Part shown: piece by piece, positions 54,875-63,934 of the stretch
How positions within the stretch are numbered: the first letter of the stretch is position 1
Layout: the number at the start of each line of letters is the position of its first letter
Source: a virus
Lineage: Duplodnaviria; Caudoviricetes
Strand: one strand, 5' to 3'
Virus record (IMG/VR): IMGVR_UViG_3300020577_002532
Span: 4,345 to 68,344 of that record
DNA: 64,000 nucleotides
Made by a program: the position numbers and the translations under genes
The notes under the pieces: model-generated
The model's input: only the letters and a program-made list of their open reading frames with translations
What the model was told of the DNA's origin: nothing
Databases searched by the model: none

Positions 54875-55381
54875 ATGAATAATGAGTTTGAGAAGGAAAA
54901 GTCTATTGACCCCCAACAGCTGGATTTGGAATGCGTCCGCCAAACTGATTTGTTTTTCAAGTACGCCCATCAATCCGTGGACGCCCAGGTGGAGGTCGAT
55001 AGGGCCAAGATGCGGTTGGAGGTTGTTGAGGCTGGACTGGAGTTGGCGATCAGAAAGGACCCAGAGCAATTCGGCCTGATCAAGCCCACGGAGTCCGCTA
55101 TCAAGGCGGCTGTCCGTTTGGACAACAAATACTCCAACGCTCTGGAGAGGTACATCAACGCCAAGAGGGAAGCCAAGTTGTTGGAGATTGCCGTTGATAC
55201 GATGGACCAGAAGAAACGGATGTTGGAGAACTTGATAACGCTCCATGGCCAGCAGTACTTTGCCGGCCCCAGTGTACCAAGGGACCTTGTAGCCGCATGG
55301 AAGGAGGGTCAAGAGCAATCTGAGCAATCCCTCAACGAGAGGCAGCGTGCTCGCACTCGCCGCAGGGGAGAACAAAGATGA
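54875..55381 (+). CDS. UvsY-like recombination mediator (helical)
   Basis: Long helices with PTESAIKAAV and DTMDQKKRMLENL; position next to the SSB and RecA genes. Confidence 0.55.
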   Translation: MNNEFEKEKSIDPQQLDLECVRQTDLFFKYAHQSVDAQVEVDRAKMRLEVVEAGLELAIRKDPEQFGLIKPTESAIKAAVRLDNKYSNALERYINAKREAKLLEIAVDTMDQKKRMLENLITLHGQQYFAGPSVPRDLVAAWKEGQEQSEQSLNERQRARTRRRGEQR

Positions 55382-55512
55382 TTACTGCGTGTTGGGTCGT
55401 TGGTTGTGGATTAGTGGGCATCGTCTGGTTATACGTGGTGGCACGCGTCATCACCCGGGCGGTGTTGAGGACGATTGAGGAACGAAGGAGATCAAAAGAT
55501 GGGAAAGCATAG
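55378..55512 (+). CDS. Small membrane protein (44 aa)
   Basis: MITACWVVGCGLVGIVWLYVVARVITRAVLR..; ATGA overlap. Confidence 0.5.
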   Translation: MITACWVVGCGLVGIVWLYVVARVITRAVLRTIEERRRSKDGKA

Positions 55513-56860
55513 GCGAGTGAACCGGGATGCTGTCCGCCAGAACGCTGAGAAGGGCTCAGGAGGCAACTCTTGGTTTGCCCTGCCGGAAGGTGTTCGGGAT
55601 TGGTCGCCCAAGAAGGCAGAGCGGATGCTGCTGGATATTCTTCCGTATGAGGTGAAGACTGAATCCCACCCAGACGACATTGCCCAAGGGGAATTGTGGT
55701 ACAAACTCCCCTTCTCCGTCCACCACGGGCTTGGTGGGTCCAGTACCTCCTTGGTCTGTCCCAAGAGTATCAACAAAAGGTGTCCGGTTTGCGAGGAGCG
55801 TGACCGGCTGACCAAGGAAGACCCAGAGAAGAATGAGGACGCCATCAAGCAGCTCAAGCCCCAGAGGTTTGTGGCATACAACATCAAGGACCCAGAGGAC
55901 GCTGAGAAGATTGCGGTGTTTGTGTACTCCTATGGGAAGTTTGCGTCTTGCCTCCAAGATGAGTTGAAGGACCCAGAGAACGATGAACATCTGGCGTTCT
56001 TTGACGTCACGGAGGATGGGCGCACTCTCAAGGTCCGGTTCAGTGAAGAGGAGTTCATGGGCAAGAAGTTCATTGCCGCTACCAAGATTGACTTCCGTCC
56101 CAGAGAGGAGATGGATGAAGAAGAAATCTTGGGGAAGGTGGTCTGCTTGGAAGAAGCCCTCCAAGTGCCTACCTATGAGAAGTTGAAGGCCCTCTTCTTC
56201 CAAGAGTCTGAAGAGGAAGCCCCCAAGGAAGACGATGAAGAGGAAGCCCCCAAGGCTGGGAAGAAGCCCGCCAGGGAGGAGGATGAGGAGGAAGAGGCTG
56301 AGGAGGATGAGGAGGAAGAAGCCCCCAAGCCCAAGAAATCCACCAAGCCCGTTGAAGAAGATGAAGATGAAGACGATGAAGAGGAAGCCCCCAAGCCGTC
56401 CAAGAAACCGGCCAAGAAGGATGACGATGAGGAGGAGGTTGAAGAGGACGATGAGGAGGACGCCCCCAAGCCCGGGAAAAAGCCTGTGCCGGACACAGAA
56501 GATGATGACGAAGATGGGGAAGCTGAGGAGGAAGATGAGCCTGTCGGTAAAAAGTGCAAGGCTTGTCAGGGAAGTGGGAAAAACTCCAAGGGGGGGAAGT
56601 GCCTGCCCTGCGCCGGGACTGGAAAGCTGAAAGCCCCGAATGCCCGGGTGGAGGAGGATGAGGAGGAAGAAGCCCCCAAGCCCAAGAAACCGGCCCAGAA
56701 GGAGCCAGCGGAAGACGATGAGGAGGAAGCCCCCAGCAAGCCAAAGACTGGTGGTAAGAAGTGCCCCGCTGGTGGGACCTTTGGCAAGGACGTGGACAAG
56801 CATGACGAGTGCGATGATTGTCCACTTTGGGAGGCCTGTGAAGAGGCTTCCGGCAAGTAA
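55499..56860 (+). CDS. gp32-like single-stranded DNA-binding protein with long acidic tail and Zn motifs
   Basis: LDILPY, HHGLGG..LVCPKS..KRCPVCE and DGRTLKVRF; acidic repeats; CKACQGSG..CLPCAGTG. Confidence 0.72.
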   Translation: MGKHRRVNRDAVRQNAEKGSGGNSWFALPEGVRDWSPKKAERMLLDILPYEVKTESHPDDIAQGELWYKLPFSVHHGLGGSSTSLVCPKSINKRCPVCEERDRLTKEDPEKNEDAIKQLKPQRFVAYNIKDPEDAEKIAVFVYSYGKFASCLQDELKDPENDEHLAFFDVTEDGRTLKVRFSEEEFMGKKFIAATKIDFRPREEMDEEEILGKVVCLEEALQVPTYEKLKALFFQESEEEAPKEDDEEEAPKAGKKPAREEDEEEEAEEDEEEEAPKPKKSTKPVEEDEDEDDEEEAPKPSKKPAKKDDDEEEVEEDDEEDAPKPGKKPVPDTEDDDEDGEAEEEDEPVGKKCKACQGSGKNSKGGKCLPCAGTGKLKAPNARVEEDEEEEAPKPKKPAQKEPAEDDEEEAPSKPKTGGKKCPAGGTFGKDVDKHDECDDCPLWEACEEASGK

Positions 56861-56886
56861 CCGCTCAAGCTTGAACCTGGGAGCCT

Positions 56887-56916
56887 GGGGAGAGGCTAAC
56901 CACCTCTCCCCATTTT
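56887..56916 (+). terminator. Intrinsic terminator-like hairpin
   Basis: GGGGAGAGG-ctaacca-CCTCTCCCC followed by ATTTT. Confidence 0.65.
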
Positions 56917-56932
56917 GATTGGAGGAAAGGTC

Positions 56933-58018
56933 ATGGGAAAGTTGAGTAAGCAGGTTGAGGAAGCCGCTGAGAACGATGGGGAAATCCCCAGCCGTATCTC
57001 CCGGAAGGATTTGTTGAATACAGGTTCTACTCTTTTGAATCTGGCCTGTAGCGACAATCCCTTTGGGGGATTCCTCAAGGGGAAATACTACTTTCTGGTT
57101 GGGGACAGCGCCAGCGGTAAGACGTTTTTGTCCATGACCTGTTTCGCTGAGGCCGCCATAAGCAAGTGGTTCAAGGACTACAGGTTGATCTATGATAACG
57201 TTGAGGATGGTTGTTTGATGGACGTGGAAAGCCTCTTTGGGAAAGCGGTGGCTGATCGGTTGGAGTATCCCGCCAAGGATGACGATGGGGAGCCGGTGTT
57301 CTCCTCCACCGTGGAAGAGTTGTACTACCACTTGGACGACCTCATCAAAGAAGGGCTTCCATTCATCTACGTTCTGGACTCTATGGACGCCTTGTCCAGC
57401 GATGATGAGCGGAAGAAGTTTGTGGAACACAAGGAAGCCTACCGGAAGCAAACCAAGACTCCGGGATCATACGGGGATGGGAAGGCCAAGAAGAATTCAG
57501 AGGGTTTGCGGAAGGTTTTGAATGGACTCCGGGACACTGGGTCCATCCTCATTATCATCTCCCAAACCCGGGATAATCTGGGCTTTGGGTTTGAGACCAA
57601 AACCCGTTCTGGTGGGCGCGCCCTCAAGTTCTATGCTACCGTTGAGATCTGGTCTAGCATCTCCGGTACCATCAAGAAGACGGTGAAGGGCAAGGAGCGG
57701 GGGATTGGGGTCAATATCAATCTCAAGGTGAAGAAGAATCGTATCACTGGGAAATGCCGGGAAGTAGATGTGGATATATACCCAACCTATGGGATTGACG
57801 ATGTTGGGACTTGCGTGGACTATTTGGTTTCTGAGGGCTGGTGGCCCAAAGGAAAGCAAACCATCCACGCCAAGGACTTCTCCATTGAGGCTACCAGAGA
57901 CAAATTGATAGCCATGATTGAGAAGGAGGGTTGGGAATCCCACTTACGATCCATTGTTGGGAAGTGTTGGAAGGAGATTGAGAAAGCCTCTGCGCCGGTG
58001 CGCAAGGCCAGATACTAA
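56933..58018 (+). CDS. RecA/UvsX-like recombinase
   Basis: LNTGSTLLNLA, GDSASGKT, VLDSMDAL, ISQTRD and SGGRALKFYA motifs. Confidence 0.93.
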   Translation: MGKLSKQVEEAAENDGEIPSRISRKDLLNTGSTLLNLACSDNPFGGFLKGKYYFLVGDSASGKTFLSMTCFAEAAISKWFKDYRLIYDNVEDGCLMDVESLFGKAVADRLEYPAKDDDGEPVFSSTVEELYYHLDDLIKEGLPFIYVLDSMDALSSDDERKKFVEHKEAYRKQTKTPGSYGDGKAKKNSEGLRKVLNGLRDTGSILIIISQTRDNLGFGFETKTRSGGRALKFYATVEIWSSISGTIKKTVKGKERGIGVNINLKVKKNRITGKCREVDVDIYPTYGIDDVGTCVDYLVSEGWWPKGKQTIHAKDFSIEATRDKLIAMIEKEGWESHLRSIVGKCWKEIEKASAPVRKARY

Positions 58019-58047
58019 AAGTAAACGGAATTACCTGGAGGTGAACC

Positions 58048-58326
58048 ATGTACGTCATTGAGCGCGAAAGGTCCGGCAGATGGATTGAAACGGGTAGCGC
58101 GTCAAACAACAAGGGCAAGGCGCGGGCCTTGCTCGCATCGTGGGTTGCTCACAGGCCCAAAGATCGCTTCAGGATAGCGCCTTACGAACGGGCTGCGGGA
58201 TGCTCCTGCGAGGAATGTGGCCGCTTCGTCCGAGACGGAAACCCTTGCCATCAATGGGCCGACGGGATCGTTACCTGTCGTTCCTGCGGTGGCCCGTCGT
58301 TACTTAAACGCATCAAGGCAAAGTGA
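58048..58326 (+). CDS. Hypothetical Zn-ribbon protein
   Basis: CSCEECG...CRSCGG; GGAGG RBS. Confidence 0.6.
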   Translation: MYVIERERSGRWIETGSASNNKGKARALLASWVAHRPKDRFRIAPYERAAGCSCEECGRFVRDGNPCHQWADGIVTCRSCGGPSLLKRIKAK

Positions 58327-58356
58327 GTTACCTTTACCAGTTGGAGGAGAATTGAA

Positions 58357-59280
58357 ATGAAACCTTGGGTGATAGTGGATGTGAGTTACTTGGCTTACAG
58401 AGCCAAGTATTCCATAGAGAAATTGGATTGGGAAGATTATTCAACGGGGGTCATTTACGGATTGTTGGAGCAGTTGAGGACGATCTGCCGGGATGAACGG
58501 GTGAACTCTAACAAACTCCTGTTGTGTTTTGATTCCCGGAAGTCTTACCGGAAGAAAGCCCACCCTTGGTACAAGGCCAAGCGCCATAAAGACCTGCCAG
58601 AGGAAGAGTTGGAACAGTTGAAGATCATGTACCAACAAATCCGGTTACTCCGCCAAGAGTTACCAAAGCTTGGGTTCAGTATCGCTCACCAAACCGGCTG
58701 TGAGAGCGATGATGTTATGGCCATGGCTGCCAAGAACTTTGCAAGCTCAAACCTTCGGGCTATCTTGGTGACGGCGGATGGGGATTTGTACCAGTGTATT
58801 ACGGAAGCCGTTCACTGGTACGATCCTGCTCGCAATGCTTACTACGATCCCAGAGCCTTCCTCAAGAAGAAAGGCATTGCTTCTTCCCGGTGGGGCTTGG
58901 TAAAGGCCATAGCCGGATGTTCGGGGGATGGTGTTCCGGGCATCCCCGGGGTGGGGGAAACCACAGCCATTCGGTATCTAACAGGTTCTTTACCCCAACA
59001 CCTAGCCAGATACAAGGCTATCACCAGTGTGGAGGGGAAGTGGCTGGCTGATCGAAACAAGGAGTTGGTCTTACTTCCCCACCGGAAGACCAAACCTTTC
59101 ACCCCAGTTCCTCCAGAGTACAAAGTGGCTTCTTTCTTTGGGTTCTGCGAACAGTTTGGGATCATGAGTTACCTCCGGGAGCCAAGACGGAGTGAATGGG
59201 TTGCCTTTTTGTCTGGGGATAGGATTCACACAAGGAGACCAAAGCATGGGAAGGTGCAAGGGCAAGGGTTCCTCTTTTGA
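58357..59280 (+). CDS. 5'-3' exonuclease / flap endonuclease (T4 RNase H-like)
   Basis: IVDVSYLAYR, CFDS, YKAKR, ESDDV, TADGDLYQ and GCSGDGVPGIPGVG motifs. Confidence 0.92.
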   Translation: MKPWVIVDVSYLAYRAKYSIEKLDWEDYSTGVIYGLLEQLRTICRDERVNSNKLLLCFDSRKSYRKKAHPWYKAKRHKDLPEEELEQLKIMYQQIRLLRQELPKLGFSIAHQTGCESDDVMAMAAKNFASSNLRAILVTADGDLYQCITEAVHWYDPARNAYYDPRAFLKKKGIASSRWGLVKAIAGCSGDGVPGIPGVGETTAIRYLTGSLPQHLARYKAITSVEGKWLADRNKELVLLPHRKTKPFTPVPPEYKVASFFGFCEQFGIMSYLREPRRSEWVAFLSGDRIHTRRPKHGKVQGQGFLF

Positions 59281-59827
59281 ACGCCAATTGTGTAAGATGC
59301 TTTCCCTCTGGTGGTCTAATGGGAAACGGGATGATCTGTATTGGCGTTCATCGATGTCTGGGGGAAGGGCCACTGTCCGTGCCCGGAAGTCCAAGTCCAC
59401 CGCTGGACATTATGGGGATATAACCAGTACAGATACCGTTGGGAGGGAATTAACCCAACTCTGCGTGATAGAAGCCAAACGAGGATACCAAGAGCATACG
59501 GTTGGGGATTTGGTAGATGCTACCCCAGCGAATAAGCCCCAGTTTGAAGATTGGGTAGAACAGGCCATGGAGGAGCAGGAGTTGGCTGGGACGCCTGGTT
59601 GGTTATTGATTACCAAGAGGAACAACCGGGAGATTATGGTGTACATGCCGTGGAAGTTCTATCATTTGTTTTCCGCCCATGGAGTCCCATTGTACGAATG
59701 TCGTCCATACCTCAAATTCCTTTGGGGGGAATGCGGGTTGTTTGGGACCACGTTGAATTCCTTCCTCAAAGTGGTGACCCCCGATATTATCTCAGGGATG
59801 GTGGAGGAGGAAACAGAGGAGGATTGA
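59246..59827 (+). CDS. Holliday junction resolvase (PD-(D/E)XK)
   Basis: KGKGSSFERQLCK..RSSMSGG..YGDI..IEAKRG. Confidence 0.82.
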   Translation: MGRCKGKGSSFERQLCKMLSLWWSNGKRDDLYWRSSMSGGRATVRARKSKSTAGHYGDITSTDTVGRELTQLCVIEAKRGYQEHTVGDLVDATPANKPQFEDWVEQAMEEQELAGTPGWLLITKRNNREIMVYMPWKFYHLFSAHGVPLYECRPYLKFLWGECGLFGTTLNSFLKVVTPDIISGMVEEETEED

Positions 59828-59829
59828 TC

Positions 59830-59982
59830 ATGGAGAAAGCGTATGTCTGCCAACACTGCGGGTTCAAAACGGTTGTGGTTAACCCAGAGACAAAGGCGTA
59901 CACCTGTACCACCTGTGGGCTGGTGGATTTGCCTAGGACAAGGAGAGAAAGCCGTGAGAAGAAAGTACCTGGTAAAGGTTGA
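59830..59982 (+). CDS. Small Zn-ribbon protein
   Basis: CQHCG...CTTCG. Confidence 0.55.
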   Translation: MEKAYVCQHCGFKTVVVNPETKAYTCTTCGLVDLPRTRRESREKKVPGKG

Positions 59983-60220
59983 GGACACCGTTGTGGCGTT
60001 GTTCAAGCGGATTCACGTCTTCAAGAGTACAATCTATGGGCAGAAGAAGGTGTACAAACTTCTGTTCACGGCTGAGGGGATGACCCAACAAGAGATCAAG
60101 GACTTCATGAAAGACCTCCGGGCTGGAATCTACCCAGCTCAGTTGAAGAAGCCCAAGAACTACGATATGGGGGAGTGTTCGGATTGCAAGGCCCATGACA
60201 TTGGAGGAGGATGCCCATGA
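59954..60220 (+). CDS. Hypothetical protein
   Basis: AAGGAG RBS; GTG start. Confidence 0.55.
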   Translation: MRRKYLVKVEDTVVALFKRIHVFKSTIYGQKKVYKLLFTAEGMTQQEIKDFMKDLRAGIYPAQLKKPKNYDMGECSDCKAHDIGGGCP

Positions 60221-60327
60221 CCTTCAAGGAATTTGCGAGAGACTTTGGCTGGTTTACCGGCTTGGGGATTATGGTTTCAGCCATTGTTGGGATCGTAGTG
60301 GTGAAAGTGATCCAATCCTTTTTTTGA
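60217..60327 (+). CDS. Small membrane protein (36 aa)
   Basis: MTFKEFARDFGWFTGLGIMVSAIVGIVVVKVIQSFF; GGAGG RBS. Confidence 0.5.
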   Translation: MTFKEFARDFGWFTGLGIMVSAIVGIVVVKVIQSFF

Positions 60328-60335
60328 GGTGGGCC

Positions 60336-61346
60336 ATGAAGCTAATCATTAAGAACTTTCAGGCTCATAAGGCCCTTGAGGTGGAGTTTGGGCCCCATGT
60401 AACCTCCATAGTGGGTCCCAGTGACATTGGGAAGTCCGCCATCCTCCGGGCCTTGCGGTGGGTTCTTTTGAACCAACCTTTGGGTGAGGCTTTCATCCGG
60501 GAGGGGGCCAAGAGGGCAGAGGTGGAATGGAGGGATGGGGAACACCGGATTCTCCGGGTGCGTGGGGCTGGGGTGAATACCTATGAGGTGGATGGGAAGG
60601 AGTTGGAGGCTTTTGGGAATGATCTTCCTCCTGAGGCCCGGAAGCTTGGGAAGGTCTCTGAGATCAACTTCCAATCCCAACATGATTCTCCATACTGGTT
60701 TGGGGAGACGGCTGGAGAGGTTAGCCGCCAGTTGAACCGGATAGTCAACTTGGAAGTGATTGATACCACCCTCAGAAACTTGGGAACGGCTCTGAGGAAG
60801 GCCCAGACGGAAAAAACGGTTTTGGCGGAAATGTTGGAGAAGGATCAGGAGCAGCGTCAGGGTTTGAAATACGTCCGGGAGATGTCCGCTGAGTTTGAAG
60901 ACCTGACGGCTTTAGAAGCTCTGCCCGTTGAATTACAGCAGAAATCCACTAGGCTTGCTTCATTGATTGAAACCATATCGGAACACACCCGTGTGGGAGA
61001 AAGTGCTGCTAGCTGTGCAGAAAGTGGAGAAGAAGCCTGTAGGCGGATGAAGGCTTTGATCGACTTGCAGGAGGAACAACAAAGGCTTTCCCGGCTGTTG
61101 AAAACAATTGAAGTAAGTCAGGAGGTTTCAGCCCGGGAGTTGCCGGACCTCTCAGAACTGGAGGCTTTGAAGACCAAGTGGGTGGAAGTGGAGTCTGAGC
61201 GGGATTGCTTGGACATTAACCTGAGAAGCCATAGGGCTTTGGAAAGAACCGTGGAGGAGAAGAGGGAATCATGGCGAAGCGCAAACGCTCTACTGAAGAA
61301 GATGATGCCCAACGAGTGTCCATTGTGCGGACAGAAGATGTGTTAG
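60336..61346 (+). CDS. SbcC/Rad50-like ATPase, N-terminal half
   Basis: IKNFQAH, Walker A GPSDIGKS, Q-loop FQSQHD, coiled coil and terminal CPLC zinc hook. Confidence 0.88.
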   Translation: MKLIIKNFQAHKALEVEFGPHVTSIVGPSDIGKSAILRALRWVLLNQPLGEAFIREGAKRAEVEWRDGEHRILRVRGAGVNTYEVDGKELEAFGNDLPPEARKLGKVSEINFQSQHDSPYWFGETAGEVSRQLNRIVNLEVIDTTLRNLGTALRKAQTEKTVLAEMLEKDQEQRQGLKYVREMSAEFEDLTALEALPVELQQKSTRLASLIETISEHTRVGESAASCAESGEEACRRMKALIDLQEEQQRLSRLLKTIEVSQEVSARELPDLSELEALKTKWVEVESERDCLDINLRSHRALERTVEEKRESWRSANALLKKMMPNECPLCGQKMC

Positions 61347-62254
61347 CCGTCCTTTGTGGGGACCTCCATCTGTCCCTCAACCCTCCGGTGGCCCGGGCCA
61401 AGGAGCCTTCTTGGTTTACAGCCATGGGGCGTCCTTTGCAAGAGTTGAGGACTCTCCAGAGCAAGTACGAATGCCCCATCCTTTGCGCTGGGGATGTCTT
61501 TGATAGCTGGAAAGCCCCAGCGGAATTGATAAACTGGGCCTTGGATAACCTCCCAGAGATGTGGAGCATCCCGGGCCAGCACGACATGCCCCTCCATAAC
61601 CTTGAGCAAATGAACCGGAGTGCTTACCAGACTCTGGTTAAGGCTGGAAAGTTGAAGCGTTGGTGTAGTCAAGTTTTGGAGTACAACCATAAACGTCCCA
61701 TGTTGGTCCAAGGCTTCCCTTGGGGTTGTCCTGTTTCAACCCCCCCAGCAGCCAGCCCCAAGGGGGCCTTGCGTGTAGCGGTGATACACCAGTACGTTTG
61801 GACCTCTCACCATTGCTATCCGGGGGCACCAGAGGCTTTCCAGCTGAGTTCCATGGCCTCCAAGCTAGATGGGTGGGATGTGGCTGTGTTTGGGGATAAT
61901 CACAAAGGTTTTACGGCTTCCGCAGGAACCACCCGGGTATTCAACTGTGGGACCTTGATGAGGAGGAAGACGGATGAATGGGGATACCACCCCCAAGTTG
62001 GGCTATTGTTGGAGGATGGGTCTATTGTTCCCCACCGGCTGAATACGGATTCTGATGTATTGGAGGTTGGGGATAAGGTGGAGAAGGATGAGGACCTGGC
62101 CACCATGTGCGAGCTTGGGGCTTTTATGGATGAGTTGAAAGGACTCCAACAGACCGAGTTGGATTTTACAGAGGCTTTGAAACACGCCATGAACAAGTTT
62201 GGGGTACGCCCAGCCGTTAGGAAGATCATTTTGGAGGCTCAAAGCAATGGCTAG
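61271..62254 (+). CDS. SbcD/Mre11-like metallophosphoesterase nuclease
   Basis: GDLHL, AGDVFD, IPGQHD, VIHQY and FGDNH motifs. Confidence 0.9.
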   Translation: MAKRKRSTEEDDAQRVSIVRTEDVLAVLCGDLHLSLNPPVARAKEPSWFTAMGRPLQELRTLQSKYECPILCAGDVFDSWKAPAELINWALDNLPEMWSIPGQHDMPLHNLEQMNRSAYQTLVKAGKLKRWCSQVLEYNHKRPMLVQGFPWGCPVSTPPAASPKGALRVAVIHQYVWTSHHCYPGAPEAFQLSSMASKLDGWDVAVFGDNHKGFTASAGTTRVFNCGTLMRRKTDEWGYHPQVGLLLEDGSIVPHRLNTDSDVLEVGDKVEKDEDLATMCELGAFMDELKGLQQTELDFTEALKHAMNKFGVRPAVRKIILEAQSNG

Positions 62255-62489
62255 TCTTCAGGAATTGACGGAGTTGAAGTCCAAGGTGGAACGGCTGGCC
62301 CGGGAGAGGGACAAGGCCGCTGGAGCTTTGGAGCAGAGTTTGAGGCTGCTCAAGGAGCAGTTTGGGTATTCCTCCGTGGAAGAGGCTGAGAAGGGCCTCA
62401 AACGGTTGTCCGTCCAAGTCAAAGATGCTTCTGAATCCTTCCAGGCGGCTATGGAAGCCTTCCAGAAGAAGTGGGAGGGTAAACTGTGA
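62247..62489 (+). CDS. Small coiled-coil protein
   Basis: Heptads; GGAGG RBS. Confidence 0.65.
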   Translation: MASLQELTELKSKVERLARERDKAAGALEQSLRLLKEQFGYSSVEEAEKGLKRLSVQVKDASESFQAAMEAFQKKWEGKL

Positions 62490-62947
62490 ACCACGTAGCT
62501 GAACCCTTCCAACCGGGACCTCTTCCAGAGGGTTTCTTTTTGATATCCTGTCCTGGTGGGAAGGAGATCATTGTACTGAAAGGCTTTATCCCAGCCTTTC
62601 TATCCATTCCAGAAGTCCGGTTGTCCAAGAATAGCCGGTTAAACATTCGGGAATTGAATGGAAAGCCTCTGAAGCCGTTGAGCTGGTACCATTTGGTCTT
62701 GGAGTGGACGGCCTCCAACGAGAGTCGATTTGTTTTGGTTATGGATTTGAAGGGATACAAACCCCAATTCCCATTCTTCAGGCGTCTTGGTTCGCTCCAT
62801 ACCACTACCAAGCGAACAATTCGCCGGTTTACCATGTCCGGGAGCGAATTTTCGTGGAAGAGCATCCCAAAGCATGCCATTTACACTACTTTTGGGTGGG
62901 TGGAGGTCCAAGGAGAATCCCATGAAGCTGACTCAAGAAGACATTGA
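62486..62947 (+). CDS. Hypothetical protein
   Basis: GTGA overlap with the previous stop; no motif. Confidence 0.5.
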   Translation: MNHVAEPFQPGPLPEGFFLISCPGGKEIIVLKGFIPAFLSIPEVRLSKNSRLNIRELNGKPLKPLSWYHLVLEWTASNESRFVLVMDLKGYKPQFPFFRRLGSLHTTTKRTIRRFTMSGSEFSWKSIPKHAIYTTFGWVEVQGESHEADSRRH

Positions 62948-63371
62948 GAATTTCCTTCGATGTATGGTAGAGCGGGGTCACACTCCCGGCCCTTGGAGAT
63001 ATGATGGGAATTGGAAGGTCATTTCCCAATGTAAGGATTGCGATTTGGAGGGGCATTTGGTAGAAGCCCTTCATCCTCCGGGGTGTCTTATGGTACAGGG
63101 CCCAGCTATATTGAACTTTTGCAAAACCAAACCCCGTCCCACCGATTTATTCACCCAATTTGAGATAGATACTCTGGTGCTCCATTTACAGTACCAGAAG
63201 CACGATCCTGGTACCCCATACGTTGATGGGAATACGGTGAGGATGATATGCAAGAAATGCTGTAGGGCTTTCTTCCTCACTCGTGTTCCCAACTCCAAAG
63301 GTTCCTTCAGTTGCCATTCGGAAGAGGGACCCATTGACGAAGGTTGCTCAGGGGAGAAAGCAAATGGATGA
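62922..63371 (+). CDS. Hypothetical protein with duplicated His/Cys motif
   Basis: AAGGAG RBS; two H-x-PG...DGN...CxxC units. Confidence 0.6.
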   Translation: MKLTQEDIENFLRCMVERGHTPGPWRYDGNWKVISQCKDCDLEGHLVEALHPPGCLMVQGPAILNFCKTKPRPTDLFTQFEIDTLVLHLQYQKHDPGTPYVDGNTVRMICKKCCRAFFLTRVPNSKGSFSCHSEEGPIDEGCSGEKANG

Positions 63372-63933
63372 TCTCAAGAAACGAGTGGCCCGGAAGGTTG
63401 CCGACTGGAACCTGATCCGCAAGAAGGTCGTGGAAGACAAGGGCCTTCTGGAGGCCGCAGAGGCCCGGGTGGTAGATGTTACAGAGGCGCAGGAGTTCAC
63501 ACAGTCTATCGCTCAGGAAGTCCAGCAGAAAGCACACGCCCGGATAGCCGCTGTTGTGAGTCAGTGTCTGGAAGCCGTATTTGATGAGCCTTACACCTTC
63601 AAGATTCACTTTGAACAGAAGCGGGGGAGAACGGAAGCCGCCTTGGTATTTGAGAGGGATGGGATGGAAGTGGACCCATTAACGGCTTCTGGGGGTGGGG
63701 TGGTGGATGTGGCGGCTTTCGCCCTCCGGTTGAGTTGCCTAATGCTCTCCAGACCTCCCATGAGGCGGTTGGTAGTGTTGGATGAGCCTTTCAAGTTTGT
63801 CTCTGAGGAGTATCGTGGGAGAGTCCGGGAGATGTTGGACCGATTGTCTCTGGAGTTGAACGTCCAGATTGTAATGGTAACCCATATCCCAGAATTGGAG
63901 ACTGGGAAAGTGATACGATTGGGAGGAGAATAA
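63364..63933 (+). CDS. SbcC/Rad50-like ATPase, C-terminal half
   Basis: Signature ASGGGVVD, Walker B LVVLDEPF and H-loop MVTH. Confidence 0.9.
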   Translation: MDDLKKRVARKVADWNLIRKKVVEDKGLLEAAEARVVDVTEAQEFTQSIAQEVQQKAHARIAAVVSQCLEAVFDEPYTFKIHFEQKRGRTEAALVFERDGMEVDPLTASGGGVVDVAAFALRLSCLMLSRPPMRRLVVLDEPFKFVSEEYRGRVREMLDRLSLELNVQIVMVTHIPELETGKVIRLGGE

Positions 63934-63934
63934 C

